DNA of 64,000 nucleotides from Permianibacter sp. (GCA_046297695.1 JBKBHF010000013.1:12498-76497); one strand, 5' to 3'. Positions 9,988-19,233 are shown, counted from the stretch's first letter. Notes: generated from the letters alone by a model not told the origin. Made by a program: numbers and translations.

Positions 9988-10015
9988 CGTCATTCCCGCC
10001 ATCGCGGGTATGACG
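9988..10015. repeat. Short REP-like hairpin
   Basis: CGTCATTCCCGC-CATC-GCGGGTATGACG (1 mismatch), downstream of yicC. A second imperfect hairpin lies at 9934-9967. Confidence 0.4.
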
Positions 10016-10063
10016 GAATGAGAAATCTGATTTTTCCCACCGTTGAAAGTGGAAATGCACGCA

Positions 10064-10690
10064 ATGACGATGACCAACGCACCCGGAAAACTTTTCATCA
10101 TCTCGGCCGCCTCCGGCACCGGCAAAACCACGCTGGTGACGGCGCTGGTCAAGGACATGCCCGGCGTGATCCATTCCATTTCCTCGACCACCCGCGCCAA
10201 GCGCGATGGTGAGATTGATGGTGTGCATTACCACTTTGTCAGCGTCGATGAGTTCAAGGCGATGATTGCCCGTGGCGCGTTCTACGAGCACGCCGAAGTA
10301 CACGGCAATTTTTACGGCACCTCGCGCGAGTGGGTCGAAGCGCGGCTGGCCGAAGGTCAGGACGTGATTCTGGAAATCGACTGGCAGGGCGCGGCGCAAA
10401 TGCGCAAGCTGATGCCGTCCTGCATCACCGTATTCATCCTGCCGCCGTCGATTGCCGCGCTGGAAGCCCGCTTGCGTGGCCGCGGCAAGGACAGCGAAGA
10501 AGTGATCCAGCGCCGGCTCGCCGCCGCCAAGGGGGAGATCGCCCATGCCCCGGAATACGATTACCTGATCATCAACGACCAACTCGATCAGGCCCTGACC
10601 GAGTTGAAAGCGGTTTTTCTGGCCGAGCGCTGCAAGGCGGATGTGCAGCAGCAGCGGCATGCGGCGCAGTTGCGGGATTTGTTGCGCTGA
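10064..10690 (+). CDS. gmk: Guanylate kinase
   Basis: MTMTNAPGKLFIISAASGTGKTTL (P-loop)...SSTTRAKRDGEIDGVHYHFV...; start chosen by comparison with other Gmk N-termini (ORF-track TTG 10043 is possible). Confidence 0.93.
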   Translation: MTMTNAPGKLFIISAASGTGKTTLVTALVKDMPGVIHSISSTTRAKRDGEIDGVHYHFVSVDEFKAMIARGAFYEHAEVHGNFYGTSREWVEARLAEGQDVILEIDWQGAAQMRKLMPSCITVFILPPSIAALEARLRGRGKDSEEVIQRRLAAAKGEIAHAPEYDYLIINDQLDQALTELKAVFLAERCKADVQQQRHAAQLRDLLR

Positions 10691-10692
10691 AA

Positions 10693-11064
10693 ATGCCCGA
10701 AACAGCACGGAAGCTGGGGTATGGTCGCCTGATAGGCGGGGCAGGTGCGATCTGGTTGGCAACGTGGCTGATGCCCACGATGTTGTTCGGCCTGTTTTCT
10801 GATCCTGTCGATCGTGTGCTGCTGCGGTATCTCCCCATTGAACCCTGCGCAGCGCAACCCGATCATGAATTCTTTGATGCGTGCTTCAACGCGTTGTCGC
10901 TGGTCTATGGCGTCATAAAGCTGGGGCTGTTCCACGTTCCCGTTCAGGTTTTTCTTGCCGCCGGTATTTCATTCTTGATGTACCGAAAGCTGACGGACGC
11001 TCGTTGGCGATTGATTGGATTTACCTTTCCTTTGATCGCCGTTTCGACGGTTGTTGGGGGCTGA
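10693..11064 (+). CDS. Hypothetical small membrane protein (doubtful, possibly decayed)
   Basis: ATG 2 nt after the gmk stop; 123 aa with 3 hydrophobic stretches. The region looks AT-richer than its surroundings. An overlapping alternative-frame ORF at 10881-11183 suggests a frameshifted remnant. Confidence 0.3.
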   Translation: MPETARKLGYGRLIGGAGAIWLATWLMPTMLFGLFSDPVDRVLLRYLPIEPCAAQPDHEFFDACFNALSLVYGVIKLGLFHVPVQVFLAAGISFLMYRKLTDARWRLIGFTFPLIAVSTVVGG

Positions 11065-11278
11065 CCTGTTCTTATGTCGGTGCTGACGAACTCGTCGGCT
11101 TGCTGGCAATACTTCTGGGTTTGATTATTGGTAGTCGGTATGCGGGACGTGCCCTAACGCAATCAACATCAAATTCCATTTGAATGTTTGCGTGCCTTCC
11201 GGGTAGTCGCCAGCTGCTTCTTTGGTTATCAAGCGAACGAGCTACACCAAAAGGAATTTCCTGCGGCATCTCGTGATG

Positions 11279-11360
11279 CCCCCTCTCCCCAACCCCTCTC
11301 CCACAAGGGGCGAGGGGCTACACAACTCCTCCCCCTGTGAAGGGGGAGGCCGGGAGGGGG
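11279..11360. repeat. G/C-tract hairpin repeat (REP-type)
   Basis: CCCCTCTCCC-ACAA-GGGGCGAGGGG followed by a perfect CCTCCCCCT-GTGA-AGGGGGAGG hairpin. Non-coding context. Confidence 0.55.
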
Positions 11361-11441
11361 TAGTTGACGCAAGGAGCAGTGAATCTTTGAAAGCACTTCG
11401 ATAGTCGCTTAGTTTTTGACAACCATCCACGGCGCCTCTTT

Positions 11442-11662
11442 CTACCGCTCCCGCAAAAAATCAATAAACACCCGCACCTTCGGTGCCAGCAAACGTCCGC
11501 TCGGGTACACCGCCCAAATCTGTGATTCGTTCGCGAGCGGGTAGTCACTCAGCACCGGCAGCAGCGCGCCGCTGCGCAATTCCTGGTGCATGTTCCAAAT
11601 CGATTGGATGTTGACGCCTAATCCGCCCATTGCCGCTTCGCGCAAACTTTCGCCTTGGTTGG
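11442..11662 (-). pseudogene. LysR-family regulator, C-terminal remnant only
   Basis: The last ~70 codons (...GESLREAAMGGLGVNIQSIWNMHQELRSGALLPVLSDYPLANESQIWAVYPSGRLLAPKVRVFIDFL) look like the end of a LysR substrate-binding domain. Upstream of ~11662 the reading frame has no LysR character, and no HTH domain is present. Confidence 0.6.
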
Positions 11663-12270
11663 GACCAGCGTGAACCCGGTCGATTACAAGCTGAGGTGGC
11701 ATGGCCCGGCCACAGCGCCGGCCGCGTTCGACTGGCGGCAGACGGCGGCGTTGCCGCTGGTCGGCATCACGGCCTGGGAAGGGCTGGGTGACAAGGCCCG
11801 CGTTCAGCCCGGCGATAAGATGTTGGGCTGGGCCGGCGGTGTCGGCCATGTCGCCATTCAGCTGGCGAAAGCGCGCGGCGCCCATGTCGCGGCTGCGGTG
11901 TCGTCGCCGGCCAAGGCCGACATCGTCCGGGCGCTGGGCACCGATGCGGTGGTCAGATACCGCGAAGAGACGAGCGCCGATTGCGTTGGCCGGCTGACCG
12001 ACGGCCACGGCTTTGACCTGGTGCTCGATGCGGCCCGCGGCGACAGTCTGAATAGCGCGATGGCGCCGGCGCGGCCGAATGGCCAGGCTGTCACCATCGT
12101 TGCCAGCCAGCAGTACGACCTGACGCCGGCCCAATCAAGGGCCTGAGCCTGCATGTGGTGTTCATGCCGCTGCTCGATGCCCGAGCGCTTCGCCCTGACC
12201 GACATGGCCGCCGCCCACCGCCGGTTGGAGAGCGGGGCAGCGGTCGACAAGGTGGTGGTCGACATCGGCT
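11655..12270 (+). pseudogene. Zn-independent MDR quinone oxidoreductase, N-terminally truncated and frameshifted remnant
   Basis: ...GTSVNPVDYKLR...LPLVGITAWEGL...GGVGHVAIQLAKARGAHV... (Rossmann region) in one frame, ending at 12146. The expected C-terminus ALTDMAAAHRRLESGAAVDKVVVDIG* is in another frame, ending at 12270. No N-terminal catalytic-domain start. Confidence 0.6.
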
Positions 12271-12463
12271 GAGGCCGGAATCCGGGACTTGAGCGTCCCC
12301 AAAGAGTCGCCGGGCCGCCCGATCGCCATGTTGCATCGCAGCGTCAGGCTGGCCGCCCGGCCGGCCTTTCGGTACACTACAAGGCCCTGCGCCTTGCGCG
12401 GGGCTATATTGTTTGTGTAGTCCAATCCGTAGTCGTTAGTCCGAAAGTTGAAGGGGTTCAGGC

Positions 12464-12739
12464 ATGGCACGTGTCACCGTCCAGGATGCAGTCGAGAAAG
12501 TCGGCAACCGTTTTGATTTGGTGCTGTTGTCGGCCAAGCGCGCGCGCCAGCTCGCCACTGGCGGCAAGGACCCGAAAGTCGAGTGGGACAATGACAAGCC
12601 GACCGTCGTCGCGCTGCGTGAAATCGAAGAAGGCCTGATCGACGCCGAATTCGTCGAGCAGGAAGAACAGCGTCTGGTGCAGCAAGCCCAGATCGCCGCG
12701 CCGGTGGTCGAGGAAACCCCGGACTTCAGTCTCGAATAA
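12464..12739 (+). CDS. rpoZ: DNA-directed RNA polymerase subunit omega
   Basis: [30 protein letters not shown] is canonical RpoZ; followed by spoT. Confidence 0.96.
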   Translation: MARVTVQDAVEKVGNRFDLVLLSAKRARQLATGGKDPKVEWDNDKPTVVALREIEEGLIDAEFVEQEEQRLVQQAQIAAPVVEETPDFSLE

Positions 12740-12760
12740 TTCTCTCCGCGAGCCCTGCCC

Positions 12761-14896
12761 ATGCAATTGTTCGAGGGCTTGCGTCAGCAAATCTCGGCCT
12801 ACCTCGATCCCGAGCAGGTCGAGCAGGTTGCCAAAGCGTATGTGCTGGCCCGTGATGCCCACGAAGGCCAGCACCGCACCTCCGGCGAACCCTACATCAC
12901 TCATCCGGTCGCGGTCGCCGGCATTCTCGCTACGCTACGTCTTGATGCGCAGAGCCTGATGGCAGCGCTGATGCATGATGTCATCGAAGACTGCGGCGTC
13001 ACCAAAGAACAATTGATCGAACAGTTTGGCCCGCAAGTGGCCGATCTGGTCGAAGGCGTTTCCAAGCTCACCCAGATTCAATTTGGCAGCAAAGCCGAAC
13101 AGCAAGCCGAAAACTTCCGCAAGATGATGATGGCGATGACGCGCGATATCCGCGTCATCCTGATCAAGCTTGCCGACCGCCTGCACAACATGCAGACGCT
13201 CGGCGCGCTGGCACCGCACAAGCGCCGCCGCATCGCGCAGGAAACCCTGGAAATCTATGCGCCGATCGCCAACCGGCTCGGCATGTACAGCATCCGGCAA
13301 GAGCTGGAAGATCTCGGCTTTGCCGCGCTGCATCCCATGCGTTATGCCGTGCTGCGCAACGCGGTCAAGCGCGCGCGCGGCAACCGCAAGGAGATCATCA
13401 GCGGCATCGCCCAGGCTATCGAAGCCAAGCTGCAGAAAGCCGGCATCAATGCCCGTGTGGTCGGCCGCGAGAAATCGCTGTTCTCCATCTACAACAAGAT
13501 GAAAACCCGGGTCGGCAGTTTTGCCGAAGTCATGGACATCTATGGCTTCCGCATCATCACCGACAGCGAAGACAGCTGTTACCGCGTGCTCGGTCAGGTG
13601 CACAACCTGTACAAACCGGTGCCGGGCCGGTTCAAGGATTATGTCGCGATTCCGAAAACCAATGGCTATCAGTCGCTGCACACCGTGCTCAAAGGCCCGC
13701 ACGGTCTACATGTCGAAGTTCAGATCCGCACCGAGCTGATGGAGCAGATGGCCAACAACGGTGTCGCGGCGCACTGGCTGTACAAGTCAGGCAGTGCGCC
13801 GAATCCGGCCGAATTGCGCGCGCGCGAATGGCTGCGCAGCGTCATTGAATTCCAGCAGCGTGCCGGCGACTCGATGGAATTTGTCGAGAACGTCAAAATC
13901 GATCTGTTCCCGGACGAAGTCTACGTGTTCACCCCGAACGGCAATATTCTGGAATTGCCGGTCGGTGCGACGCCGGTCGATTTTGCCTACGCCATTCACA
14001 CCGATGTCGGTAACGCCTGCGTCGCCGCGAAAATCGATCGCCAGCTGGCGCCGCTGTCGACCATTCTGCGCAACGGTCAAACCGTTGAGATCGTTACCGC
14101 GCCGGGCGCGCGGCCGAATCCAACCTGGCTCAGTTTTGTCGCGACCGGCAAGGCGCGCGCCAATATCCGCCATTTCCTGAAAAACCAGCGCCGCGACGAA
14201 TCGGTGGCGATGGGCCGGCGCCTGCTCGAAAACGCGCTGCACGAAAAACCGATCGAGCAATTCCCCGAGGACGAGCGCAAACGGGTCGCGCTGGAAACCA
14301 AACACAAGAGCTTCGAGGATTTGCTGGCCGATATCGGCATTGGCCAGATCCCGGCCATTGCGGTGGCGCACCGGCTCGATCCGGAACGGCGCCAGATCAA
14401 GCGCATCGAGACCGGTACCGAAGAGCCGCTGGCGATCCGTGGCACCGAAGGCATGCTGGTCACCTATGCCCGTTGCTGCTGCCCGATCCCGGGTGATCCG
14501 ATCATCGGTGTGTTGACGGCCGGCCGCGGCATCACCGTGCACATGTTCTCCTGCCACAATACCGCCGAATTCATCAGCAAACCGGGCAAGACCGTGCCGC
14601 TGCAGTGGGAGAAAGACGTCAAAGGCGAATTCGCCGTCGAGCTGGAAGTGGATGTGATCAACCAGCGCGGCGTGCTGGCTCAGCTCACCTCGACCATCGC
14701 CGACGAAGAAGCCAACATCGTCAACCTCGAAATCGATCCACGCGACGGCAGCTACAACACCATCGTTTTCATGGTGCAGGTGCGTGGCCGCTTGCATCTG
14801 GCCAACATCATGCGCCGCCTGCGTGCGATGACCGAGGTGAACCGCATTGTCCGGCACCATCGGGCGCAGGCGGAGCGGATTGGCAAACCAAATTGA
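12761..14896 (+). CDS. spoT: Bifunctional (p)ppGpp synthetase/hydrolase SpoT
   Basis: 711 aa. HD hydrolase motifs (HRTSGEPYITHPVAVA, MHDVIEDC), RelA/SpoT synthetase region (YGFRIIT...GYQSLHT), TGS and ACT-like C-terminus. rpoZ-spoT synteny. Confidence 0.93.
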   Translation: MQLFEGLRQQISAYLDPEQVEQVAKAYVLARDAHEGQHRTSGEPYITHPVAVAGILATLRLDAQSLMAALMHDVIEDCGVTKEQLIEQFGPQVADLVEGVSKLTQIQFGSKAEQQAENFRKMMMAMTRDIRVILIKLADRLHNMQTLGALAPHKRRRIAQETLEIYAPIANRLGMYSIRQELEDLGFAALHPMRYAVLRNAVKRARGNRKEIISGIAQAIEAKLQKAGINARVVGREKSLFSIYNKMKTRVGSFAEVMDIYGFRIITDSEDSCYRVLGQVHNLYKPVPGRFKDYVAIPKTNGYQSLHTVLKGPHGLHVEVQIRTELMEQMANNGVAAHWLYKSGSAPNPAELRAREWLRSVIEFQQRAGDSMEFVENVKIDLFPDEVYVFTPNGNILELPVGATPVDFAYAIHTDVGNACVAAKIDRQLAPLSTILRNGQTVEIVTAPGARPNPTWLSFVATGKARANIRHFLKNQRRDESVAMGRRLLENALHEKPIEQFPEDERKRVALETKHKSFEDLLADIGIGQIPAIAVAHRLDPERRQIKRIETGTEEPLAIRGTEGMLVTYARCCCPIPGDPIIGVLTAGRGITVHMFSCHNTAEFISKPGKTVPLQWEKDVKGEFAVELEVDVINQRGVLAQLTSTIADEEANIVNLEIDPRDGSYNTIVFMVQVRGRLHLANIMRRLRAMTEVNRIVRHHRAQAERIGKPN

Positions 14897-15015
14897 TTCG
14901 TAAGGTGGGCGCCGTTCGCGACCTCCTGTGCTTCGCGGCATTCGTGCCTCCCTGCACAGCAAAGCGTAGCGGACCCACCATCAGGCAACTTGCGCATCTG
15001 CACAGGAAGAAAAAT

Positions 15016-15399
15016 ATGACCCGCACCATCATCAGCACCGAGCACGCCCCGAAAGCCATCGGCACCTATTCGCAGGCCGTCAAGGTCGGCAACACCGTTT
15101 ACCTGTCCGGTCAGATCCCGCTCGACCCGGCGACCATGCAAATGGTCAGCGGTGAGATCCGCGACGAGATCCATCGCGTGTTCAAGAACCTGAAAGCGGT
15201 GGCGCAAGCTGCCGGCGGTGACATGAAAGATTTCGTCAAAATCAACGTGTTCCTGACTGACCTGAGCTTCTTCCCGGACGTCAATGCCGTGATGGCCGAG
15301 TACTTCGTCGAGCCTTACCCGGCCCGCGCCGCGGTCGGCGTGAAAGAACTGCCGCGTGGCTGCCGGGTCGAGATCGAAGGCGTGATGGTGCTGGATTGA
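15016..15399 (+). CDS. ridA: RidA/YjgF-family enamine/imine deaminase
   Basis: MTRTIISTEHAPKAIGTYSQAVKVGNTVYLSGQIPLDP...PARAAVGVKELPRGCRVEIEGV is the canonical RidA pattern. ATG 15016 is in frame within ORF 14605-15399. Confidence 0.93.
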   Translation: MTRTIISTEHAPKAIGTYSQAVKVGNTVYLSGQIPLDPATMQMVSGEIRDEIHRVFKNLKAVAQAAGGDMKDFVKINVFLTDLSFFPDVNAVMAEYFVEPYPARAAVGVKELPRGCRVEIEGVMVLD

Positions 15400-15503
15400 T
15401 GTGAAGTTTTAGATCCCCCTCCTTTTTAAGGAGGGGCTAGGGGTGGTTGCGGAGGTTGGTGCCGAGATGATTCGCCTACCAACGCAATTTCCGACCTGGG
15501 CTT

Positions 15504-15616
15504 AACCACCCCCAACCCCGCCCGGCCACACCATGGAAGGTGTGGCGCTTACCGGCGAAGAAGTCCATTTGGACTTCTTCGCATTCCCGGTTCGCCCTTG
15601 CCAAGGAGGGGAGAAA
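15504..15616 (+). repeat. ~113-nt structured intergenic repeat, copy A
   Basis: About 96 % identical (5 differences by manual alignment) to 23929-24043, same orientation. Contains hairpins GCCACACC-ATGGAA-GGTGTGGC and GAAGAAGTCCA-TT-TGGACTTCTTC and ends in CAAGGAGGGGAGAAA. Lies upstream of trmH. Confidence 0.85.
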
Positions 15617-15648
15617 TTCGATTGCCAACGATTGCATATGGCCTGCCT

Positions 15649-16347
15649 ATGACCCCTGAACGTTTCAAGCGCGTGCAAGCCGTGCTGGCCAAGCGCCAGC
15701 CGGATCTGACCGTGCTGATGGATGAAGTGAACAAACCGCATAACTTTGCCGCCATCATGCGCACCTGCGATGCGATCGGCGTCGGCGATGTCCACGCGGT
15801 GACGCCGACAAAGGGTACGCGCTTCGGGCACGCTACCGCTGCCGGCTCGACCCGCTGGGTCGATTGCCACCGTCACGACGATGTCACTGTCGCGGCCGGC
15901 AAACTGAAAGCACAGGGCTATCAGCTGCTCTGCACCCAGCTCAGCGAGCGCTCGGTGGATTTTCGCAGTGTCGATTACACCAAGCCGACTTGCATCATTG
16001 TCGGCGCGGAAAAATTCGGCGTTTCGGACGCGGCGGCAGCGATGGCCGATCAGCACGTAATCATCCCGATGGATGGCATGGTGCAGTCGCTGAACGTGTC
16101 GGTCGCGACCGCGATCGTGCTGTACGAAGCCGAACGCCAGCGCCGCAAAGCCGGTTTCTATGACCAGCGCCGATTATCAGAAGCCGATTACCAACGCCTG
16201 CTGGTCGAATGGCTGCACCCACGCGTCGCGCACTATTGCCGTCTGCACCATATCGCCTATCCCGCCATCAACGCCGACACCGGCGAGCTGCTCAGTAATC
16301 CGGGCGAAGCTGACATTGAGTTGGCACCTGAGGACGGCGAATACTGA
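15649..16347 (+). CDS. trmH: tRNA (guanosine(18)-2'-O)-methyltransferase TrmH (SpoU family)
   Basis: MTPERFKRVQAVLAKRQPDLTVLMDEVNKPHNFAAIMRTCDAIGV...IPMDGMVQSLNVSVATAIVLYE is the SpoU/TrmH signature; spoT-trmH synteny. TTG 15622 is an in-frame alternative start. Confidence 0.9.
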   Translation: MTPERFKRVQAVLAKRQPDLTVLMDEVNKPHNFAAIMRTCDAIGVGDVHAVTPTKGTRFGHATAAGSTRWVDCHRHDDVTVAAGKLKAQGYQLLCTQLSERSVDFRSVDYTKPTCIIVGAEKFGVSDAAAAMADQHVIIPMDGMVQSLNVSVATAIVLYEAERQRRKAGFYDQRRLSEADYQRLLVEWLHPRVAHYCRLHHIAYPAINADTGELLSNPGEADIELAPEDGEY

Positions 16348-16399
16348 TCTTGGATATTGGCTTGCCCGCGCCGCGGCATTCAATCAGGTGCCGCGGCAG

Positions 16400-17806
16400 C
16401 TAAATCACCCGGTCACTGACAAACTCTCTCGGATACGCATTCTTTACTTTGCCGTTACGCAGCTTGCCGAGTCCGAGTGAGACGCCGTCAAACTGCACGC
16501 GGCGCTCGCCCTGTCCTTCAGCCGACACTTCAATATCCCGTCCCATCAAGAACGCCCGCGCCGACTCGCGGCCCACGCTTACGCTTCCTGCTTCAGACAG
16601 CGCCGGGAACACGATGGCAGCGCTGTGCAGGCTGCGGATATCGGATTTGTGCAGCTCGGCGACCGGCAGGCCGAACCGGTTGATCAAAAGCCGTTCATGC
16701 CAGTGCTCGGCTGACTCAATCAATAAGTGCACCGTGTTGTCGCGCAAGTACAACCGGTCCTCGAACGCCGACGCATCAACGCCGAGCTGGTCGCGCCAAT
16801 GCTTCAGCAACTCGCCGCGCACCTTCCTGCTCAAAAGGCTGTAGGCGAAATCGGCGGCCTTGCGGCGCATCGGCGGTTTCGTTGCAACGGATCCGGTCTT
16901 GCGAAATGCGGCGACAAAAAAACCTTCGCTGTCGTAAATCTGTGGCAGCAGCCACAGCCAACCTTCCGGCGTGGCGGCACGCGCCGCGCCCGGAAACAAC
17001 GCGTGCAACGGCAAGGTTTCCACCTGTCCGGTAAACTGGGCGAGCAGATGCCGGCAGACCTCGTGGTTCTCGATCAGGTTCAAGGTGCAGGTGGAATAGA
17101 TCAGCACGCCGCCGGGCTTCAACGCCAAAAACGCCGACTCAATCAGCTCACGCTGCAGCGCCGCGGTGGTTTCGATGGTGGCGAGATTCCAGTCACTGAG
17201 CGCGCCCGGATCCTTGCGCACCGTGCCTTCACCGGTGCAGGGCGCGTCGAGCAGAATCGCATCAAAACTTTCCGGCGCCAGCTCGCCAAAGCGACGGGCA
17301 TCGAGGTGACAGAGCGCAGTATTGCTGACGCCACAGCGAAACAGCGAGGCGGCGAGCGTTTTCAGTCGGCTGGCCGACAATTCGTTGGCAATGATCGTGC
17401 CGCGGTTGTTCAGCGCCGCCGCGAGTTGCGTGGTTTTTGAACCTGGCGCCGCACACATATCGAGTACGAGAGGCTCCGAGGCATCGAGAAACTTCAGCAG
17501 CGCTGCCACTGGCAGCATCGAGCTCGCTTCCTGGATATAGAACTGGCCGCTCAGGTGTTCGATGCTGGTGCCAAGGGCAAATTCGGTTTCGGGATGAATC
17601 TGCTGATACCAGAACGCCTGTGGCCACCACGGCACCGGCAACCGATTGCGTAAGCATTCCTGAAAGAAGCCGTCGAGCATGATGCCCGCGCGTAACGGAT
17701 TCGGCCGCAGGCAGGGGCGTAGCGGTGTCGCATTGCAGGCCACGACGTCAGCGACCACATCGCCGGGCAGGTGCTGTTTCAGGTACTGCTCGAAGGTGCT
17801 TGTCAT
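16400..17806 (-). CDS. rsmF: 16S rRNA (cytosine-C5)-methyltransferase, RsmF/RsmB (NOL1/NOP2/Sun) family
   Basis: DMCAAPGSKTTQLAA (SAM motif), DAPCTGEGTVRKDP and IYSTCT catalytic cysteines. 468 aa with a C-terminal extension, as in RsmF (YebU). Confidence 0.8.
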   Translation of the reverse strand: MTSTFEQYLKQHLPGDVVADVVACNATPLRPCLRPNPLRAGIMLDGFFQECLRNRLPVPWWPQAFWYQQIHPETEFALGTSIEHLSGQFYIQEASSMLPVAALLKFLDASEPLVLDMCAAPGSKTTQLAAALNNRGTIIANELSASRLKTLAASLFRCGVSNTALCHLDARRFGELAPESFDAILLDAPCTGEGTVRKDPGALSDWNLATIETTAALQRELIESAFLALKPGGVLIYSTCTLNLIENHEVCRHLLAQFTGQVETLPLHALFPGAARAATPEGWLWLLPQIYDSEGFFVAAFRKTGSVATKPPMRRKAADFAYSLLSRKVRGELLKHWRDQLGVDASAFEDRLYLRDNTVHLLIESAEHWHERLLINRFGLPVAELHKSDIRSLHSAAIVFPALSEAGSVSVGRESARAFLMGRDIEVSAEGQGERRVQFDGVSLGLGKLRNGKVKNAYPREFVSDRVI

Positions 17807-17842
17807 GACGAATACGGCTGACCGTGGCGTAATGGCTTGTGG

Positions 17843-19162
17843 TTAGTCGCGACAGTGTAGATGTTCGTATGCCTGTCTGGCATGGGCCTTGATGTACTTT
17901 TCCGCCTTCTCATTGACGATTTCCAGCGTCACCGGTGACATCGCCTGCGCATATTCTTCGACGTAACGGTACTGCCGCTCCCATTCGGCCAGATAGTCGC
18001 CGGGGTAGCAGCCGCGCGCATTAAGATAGCGGGCGAACAGGCTCAGCATATATCCCTGCTCGATACTTTCTGCGTGCCGCATCAGCTCCATGCCGTAGCG
18101 CTCAAGACCGAGCCGATCACCGCGTTCGCTGGCTACGGTGAGATAAGTCAATCCTGTTGCTTTTTGCTCTGGCTGTATCGCCAGATTACGGTGATCAAGC
18201 AGGACGCTGCCGGCAAGGCCGAACAGTTCCGGATAGGGTTCGGCCGCGACCGCAGCTGCCGTCACGCGTTTGTAGTACTCGGCGCGGTCATTGAACTGCC
18301 ACACGATCGATTTCAGTGTCTGGGCAAGTCCGACGTGAGCGGCGCGTGAATACGGCGGTCGGTCGTTGCCGTCGGTATCGAGCGCGCGCTCCGGTAGCGT
18401 CAGGCCATAGTTCACAACGAACGGCGCGACGAACAAGCGATCTTCATCATCAACACCGGCGTTAGCCGCCAGCCGCTCAAGTGACGGCCGCATATCAATA
18501 GCCAGCTCGCTGCAGGCGGCCAACACGGCAACTTTGTCGAACAGCACTTCTGTCTTCGCGAGACGGCCATTGAGATCGGCCGGTACAGCGCTCAGGGTAC
18601 TGCGAAGTTGCCGCTCGTGAGTGGCAACGTCCACTACCGGTACAGGCGGTGCGACAATTTCGGTGTAGGGGAAACAGATAGCATTTGGCCGGCGGTCCAT
18701 TGCCATGCTGACCAGCAGCCGGTCGGCGCCGGTGTAACCCTGTTCGGCCAATTGTTTCAACAACTGGGCAGCCTCAACAAACTTGAGGTCAGCCAGTAGA
18801 TGCACAACGTCTGATGGCAGTGCAGCCAAGGCCAAGGCATTGGCCTGGCGAATGGCGATGTGGCGCATGCGTTGCTGAAAGTACTCTCGGGCATCGGCAG
18901 GGGGCAGGTAAAGCACAACGCCTGAACTTACATCGTTGGAGGCAGCGGTTCGCCCTGCTGCTTGATTGAAAGCTTCACTTCGTGCGTTCTGTTCGCCAAC
19001 CGTAGTCCGATTCGTCGCAGCAGACCTATCCATTGGCTCCGATGGGCGTGGCGCGGCCAAAGTGGGGTGGCTATCCGGGATGTCGGTCGAGTCTGTTGAG
19101 ACGAAGAGCCAGAACAGCAACAAAAAAGCGCTGATACCGGCAACCAGCCAACGGTACTGCAT
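17843..19162 (-). CDS. Hypothetical membrane-anchored protein (paralog A)
   Basis: 439 aa. N-terminal TM helix (WLVAGISAFLLLFWLFV), low-complexity linker, then a predicted mostly helical domain. The C-terminus (LFARYLNARGCYPGDYLAEW...HLHCRD) is shared with the upstream gene. No family recognised. Confidence 0.6.
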   Translation of the reverse strand: MQYRWLVAGISAFLLLFWLFVSTDSTDIPDSHPTLAAPRPSEPMDRSAATNRTTVGEQNARSEAFNQAAGRTAASNDVSSGVVLYLPPADAREYFQQRMRHIAIRQANALALAALPSDVVHLLADLKFVEAAQLLKQLAEQGYTGADRLLVSMAMDRRPNAICFPYTEIVAPPVPVVDVATHERQLRSTLSAVPADLNGRLAKTEVLFDKVAVLAACSELAIDMRPSLERLAANAGVDDEDRLFVAPFVVNYGLTLPERALDTDGNDRPPYSRAAHVGLAQTLKSIVWQFNDRAEYYKRVTAAAVAAEPYPELFGLAGSVLLDHRNLAIQPEQKATGLTYLTVASERGDRLGLERYGMELMRHAESIEQGYMLSLFARYLNARGCYPGDYLAEWERQYRYVEEYAQAMSPVTLEIVNEKAEKYIKAHARQAYEHLHCRD

Positions 19163-19233
19163 AAGTGTGTCTTCCCTGATTGTGATGCTCTGATTGTGCC
19201 AAGGACATATGGCTCACCCCGACCGTGCGATGG

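Noticed and set aside
11222-11548. Short ORFs (60-76 aa) translating to PLPNPSPTRGEG / GGGREG-like peptides
   Set aside because: They are read-throughs of the G/C hairpin repeat. The same kind of pseudo-peptide arises from REP elements in many genomes.
15598-15648. TTG starts at 15598 (trmH) and 24024 (AraC gene) suggested by the ORF track
   Set aside because: Both arise from the same repeat sequence (CCCTTG-N-CAAGGAGG), so the N-terminal extensions are by-products of the repeated element. The downstream ATGs give N-termini that match the families.
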